This document shows, piece by piece, positions 1 through 8,235 of a stretch of 64,000 nucleotides of DNA. This DNA comes from Gemmatimonadales bacterium. Lineage in GTDB: Bacteria > Gemmatimonadota > Gemmatimonadetes > Gemmatimonadales > Gemmatimonadaceae. The translations under genes and the position numbers were made by a program. Numbering within the stretch: the stretch's first letter is position 1; every line of letters begins with the position of its first letter. Location of the stretch: contig JBBROY010000019.1 in the NCBI GenBank assembly GCA_038228795.1, positions 2,905 through 66,904 of the forward strand, read 5' to 3'. The notes under the pieces were generated by a model, which did not search any database, was not told the origin of the DNA, and was given only the letters and a program-made list of their open reading frames with translations.

Positions 1-378
1 TCCGTGCTCATCGTCGATGACGATGCGAGAGCGGTCGAGCTGGTTGCCGCGAGCATCGTAGGACTGGCGAGCAAGGTGTTGCGCGCCAGCGGCGGGAAGG
101 AGGCGATCGCCATCGCGCGGCGGGAGCTTCCCGACGTCATCGTGCTGGACCTGATGATGCCGGATGTCAACGGTTTCGATGTGGTCGAGGCGCTTCAGAC
201 GAACCCTGACACGGCGCGCATTCCAATTCTCGTCGTCACCGCCAAGCAGATCAGCGCCGAAGACCGCGCCAAGCTGAACGGCTTCGTCGCGGCAATCTTG
301 GAGAAGACCGAGTTCAATCGCGAGCGCTTCACGGTGGAAGTCCGGCGCGCAATGTCCGGTCGCCAGCTGGTCGCCTAG
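1..378 (+). CDS. Receiver (REC) domain protein, possibly 5'-truncated by the window edge (stand-alone CheY-like protein or C-terminal receiver of a hybrid kinase)
   Basis: Frame is open from nt 1. Receiver signature LIVDDD...DVIVLDLMMPDVNGFDV...ILVVTAK. Stop TAG 376-378 abuts the next ATG. Confidence 0.8.
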   Translation, partial: SVLIVDDDARAVELVAASIVGLASKVLRASGGKEAIAIARRELPDVIVLDLMMPDVNGFDVVEALQTNPDTARIPILVVTAKQISAEDRAKLNGFVAAILEKTEFNRERFTVEVRRAMSGRQLVA

Positions 379-747
379 ATGGCAAAGATTCTCGTCGTGG
401 AAGACAACGCCACCAACATGATGCTGGCGGTGTTTCTTCTGCAGTCCGCCGGACACGCGGTGCTGAGCGCCACGGACGCCGAGGCCGGCCTCACGCTGGC
501 GCGCGACGAACAGCCCGAGTTGATCCTGATGGACATCCATCTGCCAGGCATGGATGGCCTCGAGGCGACTGCGTTGCTCAAGCAGGACGACGCGACACGC
601 GCCATTCCGGTGGTCGCGCTCACCGCGCTGGCGATGAAGGGCGACGAGGAGCGCATCCGCGCGGCCGGGTGCGACGGGTATATCGCGAAGCCGATGGACT
701 ATCAGGCGTTCCTGGCCACGGTCGCGGCGCATCTCGTGCGGGCGTAG
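379..747 (+). CDS. Single-domain CheY-like response regulator
   Basis: KILVVEDN...LILMDIHLPGMDG...VVALTA...AKP receiver motifs; 122 aa with no output domain. Confidence 0.85.
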   Translation: MAKILVVEDNATNMMLAVFLLQSAGHAVLSATDAEAGLTLARDEQPELILMDIHLPGMDGLEATALLKQDDATRAIPVVALTALAMKGDEERIRAAGCDGYIAKPMDYQAFLATVAAHLVRA

Positions 748-1183
748 CTCGGTACGCCGGCGAGCGTCGAAACGCTGGGCGGTCGCGACTGCACGCGTTG
801 CGCGACTCTCCATGCAACCCCGAGTCAGCCGACAGGCCACCGCTGCATCCGCCGCGCCGATGCTTTGCGTGCGGGACGAAGACAGCTCGCGGGACGGGGC
901 GGACGCGCGCGACACGTATGTGGTCAAAGTGCCCCCGCCGGAAAACCCGACGGCCCGGCGCGGGCGGCCGGCGGCGGCGGCGCTTGGCGCGTAGCTAGAG
1001 ACGGCTCGCGGCGCGCCGAATCCGAATGCCGCGCAGAAACTGAAAGCGCGCCGGCTCGCAGCGTTTAAGCGCCCGCGCCGCCAGAGCCGGGCGCCCGCGC
1101 CGGGCCGCGCGCGATGCGCTCGAATCCGCGCTACGCCACGCGCGGATGAACTCAGCGCCCTCGCCGGCCAGGCGCGCCAAAGG

Positions 1184-2521
1184 CTAGGTCTTCGGCCCGA
1201 CCTTTTGCCCGGCGAGCTTGAGCGCCGTGGCGAGCGCGTCCGCCGCCGGAACCTTGATGTCAGGCTCGACGCCGACGCCTTCCCAGTTGGTCTTGGAGAC
1301 CGGATTGATCGCGCGCGCGCCGGGCACGCCCACCATGAAGTGGTCGTCGGCCTTGCGCCCACTCACCGGGTGTGCGCCGCCGCCGGTCGTCTCACCGATG
1401 ATCGTGGCGCGTTTCAGCATCTTGAGGTTGTAGCTGAACTCCTCCGCGCCCGAGAAGGTGCGCGCGGAGGTGAGCACGTACACCGGAACGTTCGCCAATC
1501 GCTTGCCCGGCACATCGGCCCGCGTCCAGAACTCCTTGGTCGAATTTTCCTTGCGATTCCACAGATCGTTCAGGTGCGTCGGCTTGTCGAAGAGATACGA
1601 CGACACGTACGCGACCATCGCCGGGCTGCCTCCGCCGTTCTCGCGAAGATCGACGATCAGCGCGGTCACGTCGCCGAGGACGTTCATCGCCAAGCTCGCC
1701 GTCGCACCGCAGACCTCGGGATCGGCAAACATGTTGAATTTGAGATACCCGATGTTTCCCGGCAGAATGTCGTTCTTCTCGAAGCCGCAGTGCATTTTCT
1801 CCATCTGCTCGCGGTACTGCTGCGACGGCCCGGTATTCGCCGCGGCCTGTCTGTCTGGAATCACCGCCGGACTGAACGTGACACCGAGGTGACGGTCGTG
1901 GCTCACGGCGCGAAGGTCAGCGGTGAGCAGCTGGGCGTAGGCATCGCCGTCGGTCACCGCATCGTAGGCGCCACTCTTCTGCCGGGCGCGCACGGCGTCC
2001 TCCATCTTCTTCGCGACATCCGGGAACACGTAGAACTCATTCAGCTGCGCCACCACGCCGTCGATCGCGCGTGCGCGCTCGGCTGCATCGATCGAGAAGT
2101 CGGCGAGCGTCGCGCCTCGGGGAACGGCGCGCAGGCCGAAAGTCGTCACGGGTCCCGGCGTGCTGGACGGAAGGATAAGCGTGCCCCGGGCGACCGTCTC
2201 GCTCGCCTTCTCCTTGACCATGAAAACGATACGGAGCGGCTCGCTCGTCTGGATCGAGATCAGATCAAAGCCGCCGGTCTGCTTCCGGAAGCCCATCTCG
2301 CCGTCGGCCGACATGTCCGGCTGATACGTCTTGTAGTACGCATCCAACTGCGCGCGGTCGCCACTGTTGAACGCGGCCAGCCACGCCTGGAGCGTGCGGC
2401 CAGCCGGAGTATCGGGGATCGTCACGGGCGCCGCCTGCGCGTTCGACGCCGGTGCGACGCTGAGATCGCTCGCGGCGATCGCGACGGCGGTGAACAGCGT
2501 TCGAACGTGACGAGAGGCCAT
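1184..2521 (-). CDS. S41 family (tail-specific / IRBP-like) serine peptidase, secreted
   Basis: N-terminal signal-like MASRHVRTLFTAVAIAA...AQA. S41 core motifs DLRENGGGSP and SARTFSGAEEF...IIGETTGGGAHP. Confidence 0.75.
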   Translation of the reverse strand: MASRHVRTLFTAVAIAASDLSVAPASNAQAAPVTIPDTPAGRTLQAWLAAFNSGDRAQLDAYYKTYQPDMSADGEMGFRKQTGGFDLISIQTSEPLRIVFMVKEKASETVARGTLILPSSTPGPVTTFGLRAVPRGATLADFSIDAAERARAIDGVVAQLNEFYVFPDVAKKMEDAVRARQKSGAYDAVTDGDAYAQLLTADLRAVSHDRHLGVTFSPAVIPDRQAAANTGPSQQYREQMEKMHCGFEKNDILPGNIGYLKFNMFADPEVCGATASLAMNVLGDVTALIVDLRENGGGSPAMVAYVSSYLFDKPTHLNDLWNRKENSTKEFWTRADVPGKRLANVPVYVLTSARTFSGAEEFSYNLKMLKRATIIGETTGGGAHPVSGRKADDHFMVGVPGARAINPVSKTNWEGVGVEPDIKVPAADALATALKLAGQKVGPKT

Positions 2522-2758
2522 CGAGTCTCCTGGACTTGGAAGGGCTGATCACAGCGTACGCAGATTCACAGATTACTTCCTCGAGTGACAAAGTCGAGTG
2601 CGCAATTCGTGAAATTCGTGCACAACGGACACCGATCGCTCGCGAACGTTGGAGTAAACGCAGTCACTGCCCGGTGCCATTCCCCTCTCCTAAACAGGCG
2701 ATGGTTGTGATATGGCTCACATTTCTGCAGCTTCTACGGTCGCCGCTATCCTCTCGGC

Positions 2759-4738
2759 ATGTCCAACCCTGCCGCCATCGGCCGTAGTCCCGTGAGGCGA
2801 ATCATGATGTCGACTCGGTTGCCCGCATCCCAGCTCGAGAGACGGCGCGCACGGCTGATGCCGCGCCTGCGCGCGCGCCGCGGCGGCGCCGCGATACTCC
2901 TAGTGCTCTTCCTCTCCGTGTCGATCGTCGCGCTGGCGATGTCGGCGATCTTCCTCACGTCGGGCTCGCGCTCACTCAGCGCGGCGCTCGATCGCGAAGA
3001 GATCGATTCCTATGCGGCGGACGCGGCGCTGGCGCTCGGCAAGAGCCAGCTGGAAGTCGATGCCTCCATGGTACCGGATTCTGGATACGTCTTGCTGCTC
3101 GATCACACGACGATTCCGGATGCGAGCAACAATCCCATCCCGGGCATCACCGCAACGGTGTACGCCGGCCCCTCGGGCTCGATCAGTCAGAAGGGCGGCC
3201 GCTTCGTCACGCTGTTCGCCGAGATCGTCGACAACAATGGCGCGCACACCATCCGGCGGCTCGAGCTGGTGCAGGAGAGCTTCGCCCGCTTCGCCTATTG
3301 GTCGAACCAGGAGGGCAGCATCTGCTTTGGCTCCGGCGACCACATCTGGGGCCCGATGTTCTCCAACGACGTCATCCACACGTGCTCGGGGTCGACGTCC
3401 ACGTTCCACGACTCCGTGGGAACGGCGCAAACGGTGAGCAATCTTTCGGGGGCCGGCGCTGTGTTCATGTACGGGTATCAGGAGCACCTGCCGCCGATGG
3501 TGCTCCCGAACCTGACGTCGCTCAACACGCTGATACCGCGCGCCACGTCGGGCCTGCTGCACTTCACGGCGCCGAACACCGGCACTTTGGACCAGATCGC
3601 GATGCGGCTGGAGTTCGTCACCACGGACCTCGACGCCGACGGCGACTCGACGGACGCGAACGAAGGGTTCGTCCGCGCCTACCAATCGACGACGCCGAAC
3701 GCGGACTGGGTTCGCGGGGAGTGGAGCTCGCTGAATTGCGGCGCCTGGTTTCCCACCGCGGCTGGCGGCACGCATCCTGGATTTTTCCCCCACGCCATCC
3801 TGAGCAGGGGTTGGGTGCGCCCGCTCCTCGAGGCCGGCGGCATGACGTCGGCGCAATCGCTCACGGTGACCACGAAGCTCCTGCCGCAATTCATGAGCGA
3901 GCCGACGTCGCGGTGCTATGCCGGGGGCGATCCGCGACTCGCTCCGGTCGCGCGCGACACCAGCGTCAACTTCGGCAACAAGAGCATTCCTGGTCACGAT
4001 TCGACATTCACTCCCATTGATCGGTGGGGCACGTGGGTCGCGTACCCCGGCACGGTGAACGGCGCCGTGAGCGCGAAGCGGCCGAACGACGCGGATTACC
4101 TCTTCCCCCTGTCGAAAACGCTCAATCCCGGCTTTCAGGGCGTGCTGTACGTCAACGGCACCGTCGGCGTGAGCGGCAGGCTGCGTGGCAAAGTCACGCT
4201 CTACACGTCGGGGAACATCGGCATCCTCGGCGACCTGCGGTATCAGTCGGACCCGTCGTCGTCAAACTGCTTCGACATCATGGGGATGATCTCGATGCAG
4301 AACATCATGTTGGCGGACAACGCCATCCACGTGCCGCACCTCGTGGACGCGGGCCTTGGATTGTTCTACAAGACGATGGACGACACGCCCGACGCTTATG
4401 TGCACTCCACCGTCATGGCGCTGGGCAATTCGTGGGGCGCGCAGAACTCGGGCTTCGGCGCCGACGCGAATCTTAATTGCGGCGGCGTACTCTTGGGACG
4501 AGGCTGCCTCTATCTCACCGGCAGCGTCATCCAGCGGACGCGAGCGACGGTAAACGCCAACGGCGTCGCCAATCGCGGCTACGCCAAGCGCTACAGCTTC
4601 GACCGTTGCGTGCTCACGTCGCCGCCGCCCTACTTCCCGACGAGCGGACCGTATCTGGCGAACCGGTATTTCGAGGTCGATCCAGGCCGCTTCACCAACG
4701 TGACGGCGCTCTATCGAGCGATGTCGCCCACGCACTGA
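2759..4738 (+). CDS. Large secreted/membrane-anchored hypothetical protein with a PilX_N-like N-terminus
   Basis: Arg-rich N-terminus, then the hydrophobic helix GGAAILLVLFLSVSIVALAMSAIFL typical of PilX N-terminal domains. The rest is Gly/Ser/Thr/Asn-rich (YVNGTVGVSGRLRGKVTLYTSGNIGILGDL). The start codon is uncertain. Confidence 0.6.
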   Translation: MSNPAAIGRSPVRRIMMSTRLPASQLERRRARLMPRLRARRGGAAILLVLFLSVSIVALAMSAIFLTSGSRSLSAALDREEIDSYAADAALALGKSQLEVDASMVPDSGYVLLLDHTTIPDASNNPIPGITATVYAGPSGSISQKGGRFVTLFAEIVDNNGAHTIRRLELVQESFARFAYWSNQEGSICFGSGDHIWGPMFSNDVIHTCSGSTSTFHDSVGTAQTVSNLSGAGAVFMYGYQEHLPPMVLPNLTSLNTLIPRATSGLLHFTAPNTGTLDQIAMRLEFVTTDLDADGDSTDANEGFVRAYQSTTPNADWVRGEWSSLNCGAWFPTAAGGTHPGFFPHAILSRGWVRPLLEAGGMTSAQSLTVTTKLLPQFMSEPTSRCYAGGDPRLAPVARDTSVNFGNKSIPGHDSTFTPIDRWGTWVAYPGTVNGAVSAKRPNDADYLFPLSKTLNPGFQGVLYVNGTVGVSGRLRGKVTLYTSGNIGILGDLRYQSDPSSSNCFDIMGMISMQNIMLADNAIHVPHLVDAGLGLFYKTMDDTPDAYVHSTVMALGNSWGAQNSGFGADANLNCGGVLLGRGCLYLTGSVIQRTRATVNANGVANRGYAKRYSFDRCVLTSPPPYFPTSGPYLANRYFEVDPGRFTNVTALYRAMSPTH

Positions 4739-4836
4739 TCGACCGCGCGAATGTCAGCGGCCAGCCGGGGCGACGGCGTTGAAACTCCGGAAGGGCGACC
4801 CTTGCAAAGCCGCGGCGCCTGATCACCTCGGCGGGT

Positions 4837-6129
4837 TCAGCGGTTGAACGGCTGCTCCTGCACCCAGTTGAACCCGCGGCTCAGCAGCAGGTACTTCTTC
4901 TCGCTCAGCTTCAACGTCGCAACGACCGAATCGGAACCAACCCGGCCGCTGAGCACGAGCTGACCAAGGCTCGGCCGCGCATACGCGAACATCATCGAGC
5001 GCGTCGAATCGAAGCGTGACTTGAGCGCGACGGTCTGGTGGATAGTGTCGACCTTCGCGGTAAAGCGGCTGAACGAGTCGTTCATCAGCTGTACGCTCAC
5101 GCGGTCGAACTTGCTAAAGACGACCCGCTTCCAGAGCACGGAGTCGGTGACCAGCAGCGGCACGGGTTGGCCATTCCGCGTCAGCTGCTGCACGTCGTAG
5201 ATACCATAGAGGAGCGGCTTCGACGACTCCGACTGGCTCGCGACGTACGCTTGCCGACCGAACTTCACCTGAGCGTAGAGCACCTGCGCCAGCAACAGAG
5301 CGCGCAGTACCATCGACGTCATGTGCATGGGGGGCGTGGCGAAGAGCGGCTTGATCTCCGTCGGCTGCGTCGGGCGGTGGCGGACGATGAGGTTGTAGAT
5401 GCGCGGCATGTCGGGTGCCGCGAGGAAGATCGCCATCAACAAGAGGTTGGTCGAGAACAGCTTCACCGGCACGTCGTACGCGAAGTTGAGAATCACCACG
5501 TTGCCCAACACGGTGATCAGGAGCAGCGCGCCGGCGGTCGTCGTCCGGCGGAAGCAGAGCAGGAGGCCGCCGAGGGCCTCGCCCGTGCCGCTAAAAATAT
5601 TGTAGGCGATCGAGTAGCCCATGAAGCTCCAGAGCAGGCCCATGGGCGAGAGATCGCCGAACGGCTCGACCAGACGCTCCAGGCCCGGCCGCCCGAACTG
5701 GAGCGGGAAGATCTTGTTGAAGCCGTAGCCGAACATCGTGAACGCCAGGGCGAATCGCACGAGGATGCGCAGCCACTCGTAGAGCTTACGATAGTCGCGG
5801 CGATGGCGATCGAGGCCCGACCACACGAGCGCGATCATCACCGCCAGCGCGAGGGTCACAAAGTTGCTCACCCATCCGATCATCGTGTCGCCGCTGCCGG
5901 TGGGCGCGATGATGATCGGCTTGGACAGGTGCAGCACGTGCGCGCCGGTCCACAGCGACAGCGACTGCATCCATGTGAAGAGATATCCCGCAACACGACC
6001 GATGAGCGGCACCGAGCCCAACGCGATCGGCAGATCGTAGAGCACGAAGTACGCGGCGATGAAGCGGAAGCCGATGAGCTGCGCGGTGCTCCATTTGCCC
6101 GACGATGACGAGAGCGCGGACGTTCCCAT
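4837..6129 (-). CDS. Integral membrane protein (DoxX-like multi-helix N-terminal part plus a soluble C-terminal domain)
   Basis: Several hydrophobic helices (FRFIAAYFVLY, LRILVRFALAFTMFGYGFNKIFPLQF, LLLITVLGNVVILNF). Start MGTSAL at 6129 shares one nt with the DUF72 stop (TGATG). Confidence 0.55.
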   Translation of the reverse strand: MGTSALSSSSGKWSTAQLIGFRFIAAYFVLYDLPIALGSVPLIGRVAGYLFTWMQSLSLWTGAHVLHLSKPIIIAPTGSGDTMIGWVSNFVTLALAVMIALVWSGLDRHRRDYRKLYEWLRILVRFALAFTMFGYGFNKIFPLQFGRPGLERLVEPFGDLSPMGLLWSFMGYSIAYNIFSGTGEALGGLLLCFRRTTTAGALLLITVLGNVVILNFAYDVPVKLFSTNLLLMAIFLAAPDMPRIYNLIVRHRPTQPTEIKPLFATPPMHMTSMVLRALLLAQVLYAQVKFGRQAYVASQSESSKPLLYGIYDVQQLTRNGQPVPLLVTDSVLWKRVVFSKFDRVSVQLMNDSFSRFTAKVDTIHQTVALKSRFDSTRSMMFAYARPSLGQLVLSGRVGSDSVVATLKLSEKKYLLLSRGFNWVQEQPFNR

Positions 6130-6833
6130 CACGTTGCGCTCGCACGCATGAACGCGCCGACCGCCGGCGGACCCGAGCCGATCCCTTCGTCGTGCTTGAA
6201 GTACACGTACGCCTCGGACCAGGGCATCGCCGCGATGCGCCTCGACCACTCGGTCAATGCCGCGTCGTCATAGTCGAAGCGATGCAGTCGCGCGTAGCCC
6301 CATGACGCTGTCGCGATGACGGGTGAGGCGAATTCCGGCTGCTCGGTAATGCAGAGCGCGATGTCCCGCTCCCGCAAGGCGCCGAACACCTCCTCATCGA
6401 ACCAGCTCTCGTGGCGGAACTCGATCGTGTAGCGGCGGCCTTCGGGCAAGGTGTCGATGAACGCGCGCAGCCTGTCGACGTTCTTTTTCAGGCTCGGCGG
6501 AAGCTGAAAAAGGATGGGGCCGAGCCTGCTCGCCAGCGACGATGTCGTCTTGAGCAGAAACTCGAGCGCGCTCGCGCATTCGGGCTTGAGGCGCGCGTGG
6601 TGCGTAATGCGCTGGCTAGCCTTGATCGCGAAGGTGAAGGGATTCTGGACCTGTGACGCCCAGTCCTGCAGTACGTGCTCTTTCGGGAGGCGGTAGAACG
6701 TGTTGTTGATCTCGACCGTCGGGAATTTGCTGGCGTAGAAGCCGAGCATCCCGTCGTCTTTGAGATCGGCGGGGTAGAAAGATCCCTTCCATTCCTTGAA
6801 AGCAAATCCGCTCGTGCCGGCGTGTAGCTTCAT
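6129..6833 (-). CDS. DUF72 (YecE-like) family protein
   Basis: MKLHAGTSGFAFKEWKGSFYP...KFPTVEINNTFYRLP is the typical DUF72 N-terminus. The ATG overlaps the phosphatase stop (ATGA). Confidence 0.8.
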   Translation of the reverse strand: MKLHAGTSGFAFKEWKGSFYPADLKDDGMLGFYASKFPTVEINNTFYRLPKEHVLQDWASQVQNPFTFAIKASQRITHHARLKPECASALEFLLKTTSSLASRLGPILFQLPPSLKKNVDRLRAFIDTLPEGRRYTIEFRHESWFDEEVFGALRERDIALCITEQPEFASPVIATASWGYARLHRFDYDDAALTEWSRRIAAMPWSEAYVYFKHDEGIGSGPPAVGAFMRASAT

Positions 6834-7420
6834 GGGCCGGAAGCTTCCCAACTTCGGACGTACGCGCGCTGCGGCTCGGTCTCCGGCGATCCATCCGGAT
6901 GCCGGGCGAGCTTTGCCGCGGACATGCCGGCGAAGAGTTGTTTGACCTGGGCCAGCGCCTCGATGCCCGAGTGACCGCGGCGCACGAGAAGGCAGCCCAC
7001 CACCGTGCCCGTTCGGCCGACGCCGCCCCAGCAGTGCACGTAGGCAATTTCATTCGCGGCCGCGGCGGCGTCGAGTACGTCGAGAATGTCGTGCATCGTC
7101 CCGTTCGACGCGGGAATGCTCATGTCGGGAATCGCAAAGCGGTGATGGCGCACCGCGACGCCCAGCGCCGCGGCCTCCTCTAGGAGCATCACGTCGTAGG
7201 CGCGCAGGCCCTCGTTCGATTCGGTGAGATCGATGAACACGCGCACACCGGCGTCGAGAATCGCCCGCAATCGCGCGCGCGACGAAGCGTCGTCGCGATG
7301 GGCGGGATACTCGCCGGCGAGCACGGAGCTGTTCGGCACCCAATAGCAGTTGGGGTGCGGCGTCGACCGGTTCGGATCTGGTGTTTGGCTCGCGTCTTCG
7401 TTTTTCGCTGACGAATCCAT
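6830..7420 (-). CDS. Dual-specificity / protein-tyrosine phosphatase-like protein
   Basis: Cys-X5-Arg active-site loop HCWGGVGRTGT. An alternative upstream start at 7501 is possible. Confidence 0.75.
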   Translation of the reverse strand: MDSSAKNEDASQTPDPNRSTPHPNCYWVPNSSVLAGEYPAHRDDASSRARLRAILDAGVRVFIDLTESNEGLRAYDVMLLEEAAALGVAVRHHRFAIPDMSIPASNGTMHDILDVLDAAAAANEIAYVHCWGGVGRTGTVVGCLLVRRGHSGIEALAQVKQLFAGMSAAKLARHPDGSPETEPQRAYVRSWEASGP

Positions 7421-7699
7421 TCGTGAATCCAGGCAGGCAAGAGAAGTGAATCGCCGCGCCGGCAACAACGCCTCCGGCCGCGCCGACACCGACGTTGCCA
7501 AGCCCGGACTGCCCGCTTGACCGCACGGACGCGATAGACGACGGCTTCAGTGCACCGGAAGAAGAGGACAGCGAGCGGCGCGATCGGTTTTGGCGGCTGG
7601 GCCCTTCCACTAAGTATTGCTGTCTATTGGCCGGGCAAACAAGGCTCCAGATAGGGTGACTTACTTGCGTGCGCATCGCACCCGTGCCTATTCCTCGGC

Positions 7700-8095
7700 A
7701 TGAGCATTGGAGACCATGATCACGCAACCGAGATCCCGCCGTGCGGCTGCGCCATACCGGGCGACGTGTCGGCTGCCATATGCTACTGTGCCGTCGACGA
7801 CTTGCTTCGCATCATTCGCCGGCGATACTCGCTCGCGGTGATGAACGCGATCCACTCGCGAGGCCATTCCCGCTACCATGAGATCGCGGAAGCGATTCCG
7901 AGCGCCAGCAGCTCGACGTTGGCCGAAACGCTCCGCGCGCTCGAAATTGCCGAATTGCTCGTGCGCGAGGATCGCTCGGGCGATGCCGGGCCGCACATGC
8001 GCTACTCGCTCACCGCCTCCGGAATCAAATTGCTCAGCAGGCTGCGTCTCCTGCTGGGCGAGGTGCAGCCCGAGAGCCGATTCGCGGAGGAATAG
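7700..8095 (+). CDS. HxlR-type winged-helix transcriptional regulator with a Cys-rich N-terminus
   Basis: YSLAVMNAIH...RYHEIAEAIP..SSSTLAETLRALEIAELLVRE......RYSLTASG matches the HxlR/MarR-like wHTH layout. N-terminal part is PPCGCAIPG...ICYCAV. Lies directly upstream of hypF. Confidence 0.65.
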   Translation: MSIGDHDHATEIPPCGCAIPGDVSAAICYCAVDDLLRIIRRRYSLAVMNAIHSRGHSRYHEIAEAIPSASSSTLAETLRALEIAELLVREDRSGDAGPHMRYSLTASGIKLLSRLRLLLGEVQPESRFAEE

Positions 8096-8115
8096 GCCGT
8101 TCCGCCACCCGGGTA

Positions 8116-8131
8116 CTTCGATCGATCGAAG
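8116..8131. promoter_or_regulatory. Perfect 16-bp palindrome CTTCGATCGATCGAAG, candidate operator (or small hairpin) upstream of hypF
   Basis: Read directly from the sequence. It lies 20 nt after the regulator stop and about 105 nt before the hypF ATG. A TACAAT hexamer (8148-8153) follows 17 nt downstream. Confidence 0.3.
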
Positions 8132-8235
8132 CGCCATTGCTCTCGCCTACAATAAAGAGGTAACGTCCGAGCGCAGTGCGAGATGGCGATCTCCCTGTGG
8201 GGTCATCACGGTCGCATCGCTGTCGGAGAGTGCGG

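Noticed and set aside
748-1183. 436-nt gap between convergent genes, with several short ORF-track entries and a TCGAATCC stretch (about 1107-1125) resembling a tRNA T-loop.
   Set aside because: The ORFs are Arg/Ala/Gly-rich with no motifs. The T-loop-like segment has only a 4-bp stem and no acceptor, D or anticodon arms around it. I cannot support any feature here.
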